Assembly: GCA_963833985.1 (NCBI GenBank)
Contig: CAWIAD010000002.1
Coordinates: forward strand, 5,984,001-6,048,000
DNA length: 64,000 nucleotides
Direction of reading: 5' to 3'
Origin: an uncultured Planctomycetaceae bacterium
GTDB lineage: Bacteria > Planctomycetota > Planctomycetia > Isosphaerales > Isosphaeraceae
Shown here: positions 32,188-41,778 of the stretch, one piece after another
Position numbering within the stretch: the first letter of the stretch is position 1
Layout of the letters: every line of letters begins with the position of its first letter
Notes under the pieces: generated by a model
The model's database searches: none
What the model saw: the letters and a program-made list of their open reading frames with translations, nothing else
What the model was told of the DNA's origin: nothing
Made by a program: the position numbers and the translations under genes

Positions 32188-32910
32188 ATGAGAACTTTCG
32201 GACTTCTCGCCTGGCTGATGATTCCCGTTCTGGCCGGGGCTTACCACTACGGGCCCGGCCAGGAAAAGCTCCGGCTTGACGATGTTTCCCGGCTGCTCGC
32301 CGAGGCCGACACGCTCGCGGCCCACGAGAAGTGGTCCGAGGCATCCTCGCGGTATGAGAAGGCACTGGCTCTGTTGCCTCCCGGCCGGCTTGACGAGGCG
32401 CGGTGGGTGCGCCTGCAAAGAGCCAAGGTGCAGATGTTCGACCGGCAGTTGCCGGAGGCGACCGCTGCGCTCAAGGAACTGGCCGATCAACTGGAAGCGG
32501 ACAGGTCGGCTGACCCGAAACTCCGCGACGACGTTCATGCGGCTCTGGCGAATTCCCAGTATTACATGACCTGGCTGATGCGTCTGGAAGGTCTCGGCGC
32601 GGCGGACTGGGAGCCCGAGATCGAGAATTCCCGCCAGACCTTCCGCATGCTCGCCGAGCAGGCGGAGGCGCGCGGTGAAACCGTCGCGGCCACCAAGCAT
32701 CGCAAGGACCTGGAAAGCACGATCCGGCTGTCGCGGATGGACCTGGCCCAGCTTCAGGGGTTAGACCTGCCCAGGCAGTGACAGGGCTGCAAGAGCGGCC
32801 AGTCTGGCCGCGGCAATGGCAAGGGTAAGGGTAAGTCGAAGAGCTCCTCCAAAGACAAGGACGCCCGGGGCGCTGGGGCCGGCCCGCCACCCGATGATTC
32901 AGGATCGTGA
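32188..32910 (+). CDS. BatC-like TPR/helical protein; candidate selenoprotein (in-frame TGA 32779-32781, UQGC motif; 197 aa to the TGA, 240 aa with read-through)
   Basis: N-terminal hydrophobic anchor; TPR-like helices; after the TGA the frame stays open for QGCKSGQSGRGNGKGKGKSKSSSKDKDARGAGAGPPPDDSGS*; SECIS-like hairpin downstream. Confidence 0.7.
32788..32815 (+). promoter_or_regulatory. Candidate bacterial SECIS element
   Basis: Stem GCGGCCA (32795-32801) / TGGCCGC (32805-32811), loop GTC starting 20 nt after the TGA; possible lower pairing TGC/GCA. Confidence 0.65.
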
Positions 32911-33032
32911 GCGAGCCGATCAGGACAGGAAATCCTCACGGAGCACGAGGGGACGGGCCGCTCCACGCAACGCGTGGCGCTGCCCCTGGGCTCCGCGAGC
33001 CGTTTTATGGTTGAATGAAGGACACCCCTGCC

Positions 33033-36000
33033 ATGCACCGGTTTCTCGAGCGGGCCGCTCATTCTCTGGTCGCCCTCATGTTCGTGGCACTTTCTGGCGC
33101 GCGCGGTGAGGCCGCTGGGCAGTCTCCTGCGAAAGCGCCCGGCCAGCCCCAGGGGGCAGCCGCGCCCGGGTTACCGGATGACGTGTTCGCAGCCGCGCCG
33201 GTGCTCTCACAGGAAGAGCAGCAGAAGCAGCAGCAGCGGATGCAGAAGATTCAGCAGTTGAACTTCGATCGCCGGCCCTCGTCGATCCTCAAGGCGTGGG
33301 CCACACCCCGCGAGCTGGCCCTCGAGGAGGCAAACAGCGAGGACGCGAACGCGGCACCGGGCGTGCTCTCGCGCCGGGCCAGGCCCGGTCGAGTGGCGGG
33401 CGAGGTGGCGTCCTCGGCAGCTTCCGCAAACGCCGAACCGGCGGCACCCGACCCGTTCGACCGCGAGCTGAAGGGCTTCCAGCGCGACGTGACACTGGGG
33501 GACTGGCCAGCCGTGAAGGCATTTCTTCGCGGACTGGAGAATCAGGAGGGCAAGGCGGCCTACAGCCGGCTGCTCCAGGCGCTGGCCAGCGGCCCGACGG
33601 GCGCCCAGGGCATGATGCCGGGACAGGTCCAGAACATGCCGCCCGGCATGCGCATGCAGATGCAGGCTCAGATGCAGATGCAGCCGCAGCAGTACATGAT
33701 GGAACGCAATGTCTTTTCCAGTGAGGATGTCATTCGGCTGGCCTGGGTGGCGCCTCACGGCCTGGAGAAGGAGCACCTGGCTGGCCTGGGCCAGCTCCTC
33801 CGCCAGTCGATCGATCAGGGGAACGCCGTCGAGGATTTCCTGACCCGGGTGCGGGCCGAACTGGGCAAGCCCGCGCGTGAGGCGGCCGTTTCCCGGCGGC
33901 AGGCCGCCAGGGTGCTGTTCGCCGCCAGTTGCGCGGTGGAGGCCGGTCCGTTTCTTCCCGACCCCGCAACAGCCGTCAAGGACGACGATCGCGAGGCACT
34001 CAACCTGCTGGCCCGGCATTACCTGGCCCTGCACGAGCGGGACAAGAAAGCGGTCCACCTGGAGCAGGCCTGGTCGGTGACCCAGGACGCGCTCGCCGCC
34101 GGCAAGGTCGACCGCGAGCAGAAGGACGACGCCATTCGCCGCGCTGTCGAGCTGGTGCCCAGGATCAAGCAGGCGCTCGGCCGGGCCTGGCTCGAGGGCA
34201 GCTTCACCGGCCGGCCGGATCGGGGCATGGAGATCCTCGCGGCCATCGGCGGTGCCACCGCGCAAGGCCTGCAAACACACCCGTTTGATCCGGACTACCG
34301 CACCCGGTCGCTCGAATTGCAAAGTCTGGCGGTCGAGGCCCTCCTGCGTATCGCGCCTGCGCGTGGCCGAGAGTGGGCCAGGAACCTGCAACTGCTGGCG
34401 GAGGGCTGGCTCAAGGAGGCCGAGTTCTCCCACAAGTTTGACTTCTCGACGAGCCTGGGGCCGCGGATGCAGTTCGACCCGTTCGGCAATGTGTACTACT
34501 CGAACTACGACGCGATGTCGCCCGAGATGATGATGCAGCGCCAGGGGAACATGCCCCGCGCCCTGTTGACGGGCGACGTGGTCAAGCACCGGCCCGGCGA
34601 CGCGTGGCTGGCACTGCTGGACGAGGGGATCAGGCCCCGCTTCGCGACCGTCTTCGCGCAGCTCTATCTCAAGGTCAACGAGGAGGAGAAGGCGTTTCCC
34701 TACATCGAGCGGCTCTCCGCCACGCACCCGCGCCAGGCCAGGGAGCTGGCCGAGGAGTTTTTGAAAACCTGGACCAAGAACCACGACCCCAACTCACAGC
34801 AGATGCGCCGCAGCCGGTTCTTCTACGTCTACGGCTTCGAGTCGCGGGCCGAGGGGATACCGCTGACACGGTCGAAGCAGGAGCGCAACATTGTCGAGCT
34901 CGGCGAGTGGGTGAAGCGGCTGCGTAAGCTGCCGATCGGTGAGCTGGACGAGAAGCTGCTCACGGGTGCCTTCACCGCCTGCCATAGCCCTGCCGAGGTC
35001 TACCGGCTCGATGCGATCAACCGGGTTTTCGGCTCGTTTGACGCCCTCAAGCCGGTGACCCTGGCGGAGCTGATCCAGCAGATGCGGGGCAATCTCGTCG
35101 GCGTATGGCGCAGGCCCGACGAGCAGGAGAAGCAGAAGACGAAGCGCCGCGAGAAGGATATTCGCGGTGAGGTCCTGCGCGGATACGAGGTCGCCCGCTC
35201 CGTGGTCGACCAGGGGCTGAAGCGCTATCCGGACCACTGGGCGCTCGTGCTCGCACGGGCGTCGATCCTCCATGACGAGAACAACTACCGGCAGGAGATC
35301 GAGAAATCGTCGTCCTTCGCGCCCCGCCGGCAACAGGCGCTCGCCGAGTTCCAGAAGTCGGCACGTCTCTACCTCGCCGCGGCACCCGGCTTGCCGCAGG
35401 ACGAGCAGAACACCCAGGCCTTCGAGATCTGGTTCAATGCCGCACTGGGTGCCTGCGACCTCCAGCATATCACCGAGGAGACGCTGGCCGACGAGCGGCA
35501 AATGCCCCTCATCCGCCAGGCGCTCGAAAGCCTTCGGGGTGAGGACCGCGAGCGGCACCTGAGCAAGTTCGCCAACGCCCTGTTCACCCGACTGAGCGCC
35601 GTCAAGCCGTCGGTCAAGGTGCGCTACCTCCGGGCCGGCATCGAGATCGTCGGCGACCACCCACAGGCCCATGACGCCCGCAAGGTTTACGACTACTACA
35701 AGGACCTGGTCACCGAGATCAAGCTCGACACCGTCGTTGACGGCAGCGACGTGGTCGGCCACGAGAAGCCGTTCGGCGTTTTCGTCAACCTCCGGCATAC
35801 CCGCGAGATCGAGCGCGAATCGGGAGGGTTTGGCCGCTACCTGCAAAACCAGAACAACTCCGGTTCTTATTATTATAATTTCGGGCGTCCGCTGGAAAAC
35901 TACCGCGACAAGTTCCAGGAGATCGTCAAGCAGGCGCTTCAGGAGCAGTTTGAGATCCTCTCGGTGACGTTCCAGGACGATAAGGTGAATTCCCGGGCCA

Positions 36001-36899
36001 CTACTGACTACGGCTGGCGGGTGACGCCTTATGCGTATCTCCTGCTGAAGGCGAGGAGTGGGAAGGTTGACAAGATCGCACCCTTACGGCTCGACCTCGA
36101 CTTCATGGACACCTCGGGGTACGTCATCCTGCCCATCGAGTCGCCCACGATCCCCATCGACGCGGCACCTGCCTCGGGTGCGGCGAGACCCTACGAGAAG
36201 CTTCAGGTCACCCAGATCCTCGACGAGCGTCAGGCGAAGGACGGCAAGCTGATCCTGGAGATCAAGGCGACCGCCCGGGGCCTGGTCCCCGAGCTGCAGC
36301 AAATCCTCGACGTGCATGCCGAGGGGTTCACCATCGACAAGACGGACGACCAGGGGCTGTCGGTCTCGAAGTTCGATCCCGAAAGCCAGGCGAACCTCGT
36401 CGACTCGGAGCGTACCTGGCTGGTCCACTACCTCGGCGCCCCGATCGAGAACGAGGCGCCCAGAACGTTCAAGTACCCGCCCGCCCGGGTGAATACCGCG
36501 GAGATGGTGTATCAACGATACGCGGATGCCGACCTGGCGAAGGTTGGACCGGAAGTGGTCCTCGAGTCACGCTACGGACAGCCCACCTATGCCTGGGCGT
36601 GGTGGCTCGCGGCTGGAGTCTTGCTGGCGGCTCTCGCCGCGGCCGGAGTGACTGCCCTTTTCCGTTCGTTCTCCAGGCGCGTCAAGCCCTCAAGGTACCA
36701 GGTTCCGGAAGTGGTCACGCCGTTCACGGTGCTCGGCCTGCTGCGCGCGATCGCCTCCCACGACGGCCTCGCGGCGACTCAGCAGCAAGAGATCGCCCGC
36801 TCGATTCAGGAGCTGGAACGGCATTACTTCGCCGACGCGAACGGCAGCGCGCTGGACCTCAAGACCATTGCGGAGACGTGGGTTGCCAGGGCGTCGTGA
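33033..36899 (+). CDS. Large exported helical/TPR-like protein with C-terminal TM anchor, last gene of the MoxR/VWA operon (BatD-like position)
   Basis: About 1288 aa; GAAGGA RBS; signal peptide; M/Q-rich low-complexity insert; TM WAWWLAAGVLLAALAAAGVTALF. Confidence 0.8.
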   Translation: MHRFLERAAHSLVALMFVALSGARGEAAGQSPAKAPGQPQGAAAPGLPDDVFAAAPVLSQEEQQKQQQRMQKIQQLNFDRRPSSILKAWATPRELALEEANSEDANAAPGVLSRRARPGRVAGEVASSAASANAEPAAPDPFDRELKGFQRDVTLGDWPAVKAFLRGLENQEGKAAYSRLLQALASGPTGAQGMMPGQVQNMPPGMRMQMQAQMQMQPQQYMMERNVFSSEDVIRLAWVAPHGLEKEHLAGLGQLLRQSIDQGNAVEDFLTRVRAELGKPAREAAVSRRQAARVLFAASCAVEAGPFLPDPATAVKDDDREALNLLARHYLALHERDKKAVHLEQAWSVTQDALAAGKVDREQKDDAIRRAVELVPRIKQALGRAWLEGSFTGRPDRGMEILAAIGGATAQGLQTHPFDPDYRTRSLELQSLAVEALLRIAPARGREWARNLQLLAEGWLKEAEFSHKFDFSTSLGPRMQFDPFGNVYYSNYDAMSPEMMMQRQGNMPRALLTGDVVKHRPGDAWLALLDEGIRPRFATVFAQLYLKVNEEEKAFPYIERLSATHPRQARELAEEFLKTWTKNHDPNSQQMRRSRFFYVYGFESRAEGIPLTRSKQERNIVELGEWVKRLRKLPIGELDEKLLTGAFTACHSPAEVYRLDAINRVFGSFDALKPVTLAELIQQMRGNLVGVWRRPDEQEKQKTKRREKDIRGEVLRGYEVARSVVDQGLKRYPDHWALVLARASILHDENNYRQEIEKSSSFAPRRQQALAEFQKSARLYLAAAPGLPQDEQNTQAFEIWFNAALGACDLQHITEETLADERQMPLIRQALESLRGEDRERHLSKFANALFTRLSAVKPSVKVRYLRAGIEIVGDHPQAHDARKVYDYYKDLVTEIKLDTVVDGSDVVGHEKPFGVFVNLRHTREIERESGGFGRYLQNQNNSGSYYYNFGRPLENYRDKFQEIVKQALQEQFEILSVTFQDDKVNSRATTDYGWRVTPYAYLLLKARSGKVDKIAPLRLDLDFMDTSGYVILPIESPTIPIDAAPASGAARPYEKLQVTQILDERQAKDGKLILEIKATARGLVPELQQILDVHAEGFTIDKTDDQGLSVSKFDPESQANLVDSERTWLVHYLGAPIENEAPRTFKYPPARVNTAEMVYQRYADADLAKVGPEVVLESRYGQPTYAWAWWLAAGVLLAALAAAGVTALFRSFSRRVKPSRYQVPEVVTPFTVLGLLRAIASHDGLAATQQQEIARSIQELERHYFADANGSALDLKTIAETWVARAS

Positions 36900-36953
36900 G
36901 CCGCAACAGGCTCGCCCTGGCGGGACTGTCTTGAGGAAAGCCTCCCGCTGGAC

Positions 36954-39700
36954 TCAATTCGCCTCGAGCACCACGTAGAGGCAATCCCCGGGTAGCCGTA
37001 ACTGCACGCCCTGTGCGCCCGGCACCGGTTTGAGCTTCGCCTGCGGCTGGCCGTTGATGTCAAGCCGTGCGGCCTTTGTGAGTCCGGGATTGGACAGCGT
37101 GATGGTCATCTTCGTCTCGGCGATCGCCCAGGGCATCGTTCCGGTATCGACCACCTGCTTGCCGTGAAACGTCTGCTTGCCGTCGTCGCCCTGGAAGGTC
37201 GTCTCGCGCTCCACCCAGCCGGTGGGCCGCGCCCTGGTGCCGACCTGCACGAGCACCCGCTTGCTGGAATCGAGCGGCCGGTCGTCAAGCGAGACGAGCA
37301 GCACCGTGGCGTAGTCGTCGGCAGACTGGATCGTCAGGCCCTTCAGCTTGATGGGTGAAGACTGTTTCAGGAACCCCGAGGCACCCTTCGCTCTGGCAGC
37401 GTCAAGGGTGCAGACACCCGCGGCGAAGTTCCAGGTGACCTGGCCGGTGATGCTCTGGACCGTATTCTGCCGGTGGTCGATGAGCCGGGACAGGCCGGCG
37501 ATCTTCGTCCGGGCCGGATCGGAGCCGTACACCACCGTGACGGGCCCGGCCAGGAAGGCGAGTGGATCAACGGCCAACCCGTGCGATGAGCGCCTGGCCG
37601 AGTCGCCCCGGTCGCGGTTGGGATCGTAACTGGGGTCCTCCGAGATCAGCGGCAAGGCACGCTCCCAGAGCTGGCGCAGCGAGCGGTGCTCGGCGACGAC
37701 CGGCTGGCCCTGCTGAATGTAGCCCTTCCGGAAGGCCAGCGCGGCCGCCGGAAACTGGCCCAGAACCATGGGCGTGGCGATGGACCACTTCTGCCGTGAG
37801 GCGGCGTCCCAGTCCGCGCGATCGGTGTTCGACCACTCCGTCTCTCCGGTGCCGAACCAGTAGAACGCGTCCACGCCGGTGAGCGACTGGTAGACGGAGA
37901 CCAGGAACGGCCCTTCGGACTGGTAGCCCAGCGGAGGCACCCAGTGGCTCTCGGTCACCATCATCGGATGTCCGCTCACCTGCTTCAGGTTCAGCGGTAA
38001 GCCGCGCGGGTTGAGCAAGGCCGAGGAATCCTCGAAGTAGTCCCCCCGGTCGATGCGCCAGCCGCGGTCGGGTCCGATGTGCACCGGGCTGTAGTAGCTG
38101 TTCACCGCGAGCACCTCGTTTGCCGTGTAGCTCCAGCGCTCCACGTCGTTGAGCCTCGTGGTGTCGGCCGTCTTCCAGTTGCCCGCGTTGATGAGCTGCT
38201 TGCAGCCGAGCTCGTCGCGCAGGTACCGCGCGGTCTCGCGGTTGAAGTCGTGCATCGTCTCTGCGAAGAACTGGAGCTGGTCGTCGAGCCGCTTCTTGTG
38301 CCCCCCGCCCCGCTCCTGCGTCCATTCCCAGACGATGGCAATTCCGAGCCGCCCGCGGGCCAGATCGTCTTCGGGCATCGCGTCGGCGTCCCAGGCGCGG
38401 ACGGCCCTGTCCAGCGCGCCGTACTTCTTCTTCAGCCAGCGGCCGAACTGCTCTCCGAGGAGCTCGAGCTGCCTTCCCTTGACGTTTTGCATGCTCCAGA
38501 ACAGCATGCTGTCCTCATTCTGGAGCTGGATGATCGCCAGGGCGGGGTCCCGGGCCAGCGGGATTCCGGTATAGGGATTGACCGGGGCCAGGAGCGCCTT
38601 CAGCCATGCCCGGTAACCTTCCTGAAGCTTGGGATTGAAGAAGAGGAGACCCTGTGCATCGTGATTCTCGGGCCAGCCCTCGATGCCCCAGGAGGCGGGC
38701 ACGTGCTTCAGGCTGGCGGCCCAGTAGGGGCTGATCGTCGTGTAGATCCCTTCCTGCTTCATTGCGGCAACGAGCTTCCAGGCTTCGTCGATGGCCTTGG
38801 GATCGACATCGGTAAGGCCGGCGCCCTTGTCTTTGGACTCGAGCTCGCCATGGAATCGCACCATGTTGACCCCGCGCTTGGCGAGAAAACGGGCATGATG
38901 CGCCAGGTCCGGTGCGGATCGGTCGCGCTGAACATAGGTGGTGACGGCCCAGAAGCGGACCGGGGAGCCGTCGCCCAGGATGAACGAATCGCCATCACGG
39001 CTGAGCCGCACGAAGCCGCTTTGCCCCGCGACCTTCTCGTTCAACTGGCGGAGATCGAAGACGGCATCCGGGCGGAACGTGTCCCGCTCGGGCAGGAAGG
39101 GCCAGGTGCCGCCGGTGCCAGTCTGGACCAGGCCTTTCGCCTCCTCCGGCCGCGCCGTGCCGCGGGGCAGGAACGGCCTGGTGGTGAGCGCAAAGACGTC
39201 GATCGCTCCGTGGTGGTGGTTCTCGCTGCTCATGCGGAACGAGATCGTATGCCGCCCCCTCGAGAGCGCGAGGTCGCCCACGCGTTTCCAGGCCAGGAAC
39301 CGCAAGTCCGGCTTGTCGTCGGCCGCGACGTTCACCGTGTCGAGCAGATTCTCCGCCATGTCGATGGGCGTCCATGCTCCGGAGTCCATCCGGTATGCCA
39401 GGCGGGTTCCCACGGGATTGGCTCGAATCCAGAAATGATAGTGAGCTGTGGCAGGGACCTGAAGGGCGTACTCGATCGTTCCGTCGCGGTCATCGGACCA
39501 GTGCGAGATCCAATCGCCGCCGGAGAGGAGGTTCTTCTTTACCTGGTCGTACCACCAGGGATGGCGGCTCACGGTCGCCCGTGCGGGTTTTTCGGCCTCG
39601 ACCCAGATGGTCTGCGCCCGGCCGGCACTTGTGCCGAGGCGCTGGCGAGGGGCAGTAAGAGCACGAGGCGAATCGCAACATCGCGAGCGGAGGAGGTCAT
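36954..39700 (-). CDS. Secreted clan GH-A glycoside hydrolase (GH5-like) with N-terminal carbohydrate-binding-like module, frameshift at about 39620
   Basis: Signal peptide from ATG 39700 joins AQTIWVEAE; RGVNMVRFH, LQNEDS (acid/base), MVTES (nucleophile). Confidence 0.75.
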
Positions 39701-39921
39701 CGGCAGGGTCTCCCTGGAGCGGCTACGGCTGGAGTGCGCCCGGGCTTGCTTCCGTAAAGCATAAGCGATGCGCCCGGACAGATCAGGAGGCATGCCGGTT
39801 CTTCCATACCCGGATTCCTCTTGCCCGCATCGCGACCTCGACTTGTCAGCACCGTCTGCGGGTTTGTAGGTTCAACCTTTTCCGTCCTCGTCCATCGTGC
39901 CTGGAAAGCGAGACGATCCTC

Positions 39922-40398
39922 TTGCCAAGCGACGACTCGAATCCTTCCGAAAGCTTTGAGCCCACGATCAACGGAGCCGCATCCCGGTGGATCTTCGTGG
40001 GAATGCTGGGACTGGTGATCGCGGGTGGGATTGCGTATTCGCTGCTCAAGAAAGCCGCCCCGCCATTACCTCCGGAGGTTGCGGCCGACCCTCTGCTTCT
40101 GCAAGGCCGTTCGATTTACCTGACGCGGTGCGCGACCTGCCACGGACAGGAGGGACGCGGCGACGGACCGATTGCCGGCATGCTGCTCGGTCCTCCAGTG
40201 GGCAACATCAGCGACGGCAAGTGGAAGCACGGGGGCAAGCCCGACGAGGTGCTGGGTGTCATTTCCCGGGGCGTTCCAAACACCCGCATGGCCGGCTGGG
40301 GCCTGGCGCTCGAACCACCCCAGCTCCGGGCCGTGGCCGGTTATGTGTTCTACTTGGCCAGGCAGCCCGTGCCCGACGTCTTCCGCAATCCCGATTGA
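39922..40398 (+). CDS. Membrane-anchored monoheme cytochrome c
   Basis: TM helix, CATCHG heme motif, GVPNTRMAGW axial Met; start uncertain. Confidence 0.85.
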   Translation: MPSDDSNPSESFEPTINGAASRWIFVGMLGLVIAGGIAYSLLKKAAPPLPPEVAADPLLLQGRSIYLTRCATCHGQEGRGDGPIAGMLLGPPVGNISDGKWKHGGKPDEVLGVISRGVPNTRMAGWGLALEPPQLRAVAGYVFYLARQPVPDVFRNPD

Positions 40399-40406
40399 TG
40401 TTTCTC

Positions 40407-40751
40407 AATAGATCCTCGCCTCCTGGAATGTGGGCCAGCCGCCCTCGGCTGGCCCAGGACGGCCAGGGCGGCCTCCCCCCACTTTCCCTCTTACGGGGAG
40501 CTATTCAGGGCGGTTTTCTGACGGGTTGCAGGCAGTTTCTGAGTTTTGAAAAGGGGGGGCAGACTTTCCTGTCTGCCAGGGCAGGCCTGCTCCGGCAGGC
40601 AGGAATGCCTGCCCCCCGGTCTCGGTCCGCGATCCAAGTGAAAACCGCTCTAAATAGATGCTGGCCTCCTGGAAAGTGGGCCAGCCGCCCTCGGCTGGCC
40701 CAGGACGGCCAGGGCGGCCTCCCCCCACTTTCCCTCTTACGGGGAGCTATT
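40407..40751. repeat. A-B-A composite REP/MITE array
   Basis: 99-bp direct repeats 40407-40505 and 40653-40751 (3 mismatches) flank a 147-bp element with imperfect TIRs CAGGGCGGTTTTC/GAAAACCGCTCTA; every unit contains palindromic REP doublets. Confidence 0.88.
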
Positions 40752-41188
40752 TAGATATCCAGAATCTGTTCCGTGTGAACGATCGCGTCGGCTTCAATTT
40801 CGATCATGGCCGCGTCATCGATGAGTCGAGACACCTGCACCATCGTCAGCGCGGGGCGTACCTGATCGAAGAACTCTCGATGGACCTCCCCGACCTCCTT
40901 CCATTTCTGGATATCGGTCACGTAGATCCGCGTGCGGACGATGTCGGTTGTCTTGCCTCCCAGATGCTCGATCGCGGCGACGATGATATCCAGGGCGCGT
41001 CGGGTCTGACCTTTGATGGTCGGGGCAAAGCGGCCGTCGGCCTCGATGCCGACCGTGCCGGTCACCGCGATCACCATACCCGCGCGGATCGCCCGGGAAT
41101 AGCCGATGGCCGCTTCCCAGGCCGAACCGCTGGAGGCGCACTCGCGGCCGTTCCGTTCGCTCACCGTGATCCTGACGCTTGGTGTCAT
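40751..41188 (-). CDS. RidA/YjgF/UK114 family protein
   Basis: SSGSAWEAAIGYSRAIR, DIVRTRIYV, RPALTMVQV, IEIEADA; CAGGAG RBS. Confidence 0.88.
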   Translation of the reverse strand: MTPSVRITVSERNGRECASSGSAWEAAIGYSRAIRAGMVIAVTGTVGIEADGRFAPTIKGQTRRALDIIVAAIEHLGGKTTDIVRTRIYVTDIQKWKEVGEVHREFFDQVRPALTMVQVSRLIDDAAMIEIEADAIVHTEQILDI

Positions 41189-41337
41189 GGCTTGGTCAAC
41201 TCCTGAGCTTTCTGGTGGAGCGGCCTCGCATCGATCAAACGCCGGAAAAACAGCGTTCTTGCGCTGCGGTCGCCTCGCTCGCACGGTAAGAATCAGGTTA
41301 GACTGTGAAGCACCAGAAAGAAATCACGGAGTGAGAC

Positions 41338-41778
41338 ATGACTGTCCCGGACGCCTTGCGACGGAAGCTCGAGGGGCTCTGCGCCGCCCTGGATGCGTGC
41401 GCCGCCGGATACTGGAGAATGGACCAGCAAGACCAGCAGTTGATCCAGGTCGCCTTTGTGCCCGGGCCCGGGCTCGACCACCAGGTTGGCGGCCAGTTCG
41501 CGGCCGCGACCAGGTCGGTCGCACTGAGCCAGTCGAACCTGGGAATCGTGGCGGCCGCGGTCACGGGCCAGCCGGCGATCTCGCGCGTCGAGGACCTTCC
41601 CGCCGATTCCGGCTCGGGCCGATGGCTGCGCGCCTTCGGCGCCGCGCGCTCCGTGGCCGTGCCGGTCACCGGCAAAGACGGAAACGTGCTGAGCGTGCTT
41701 TCCGTGGCACTACCGCGCTGCTGCACGTTGACCGATGAAGAGGTCGCTCAGATGCTTCACCAGAGCGGAATCAACTGA
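41338..41778 (+). CDS. Stand-alone GAF domain protein
   Basis: LGIVAAAVTGQPAI, AFGAARSVAVPV..DGNVLSVLSV. Confidence 0.7.
   Translation: MTVPDALRRKLEGLCAALDACAAGYWRMDQQDQQLIQVAFVPGPGLDHQVGGQFAAATRSVALSQSNLGIVAAAVTGQPAISRVEDLPADSGSGRWLRAFGAARSVAVPVTGKDGNVLSVLSVALPRCCTLTDEEVAQMLHQSGIN

Noticed and set aside
40407..40751. Direct repeats as a CRISPR array
   Set aside because: Only two 99-bp units with a 147-bp structured insert and no cas genes.
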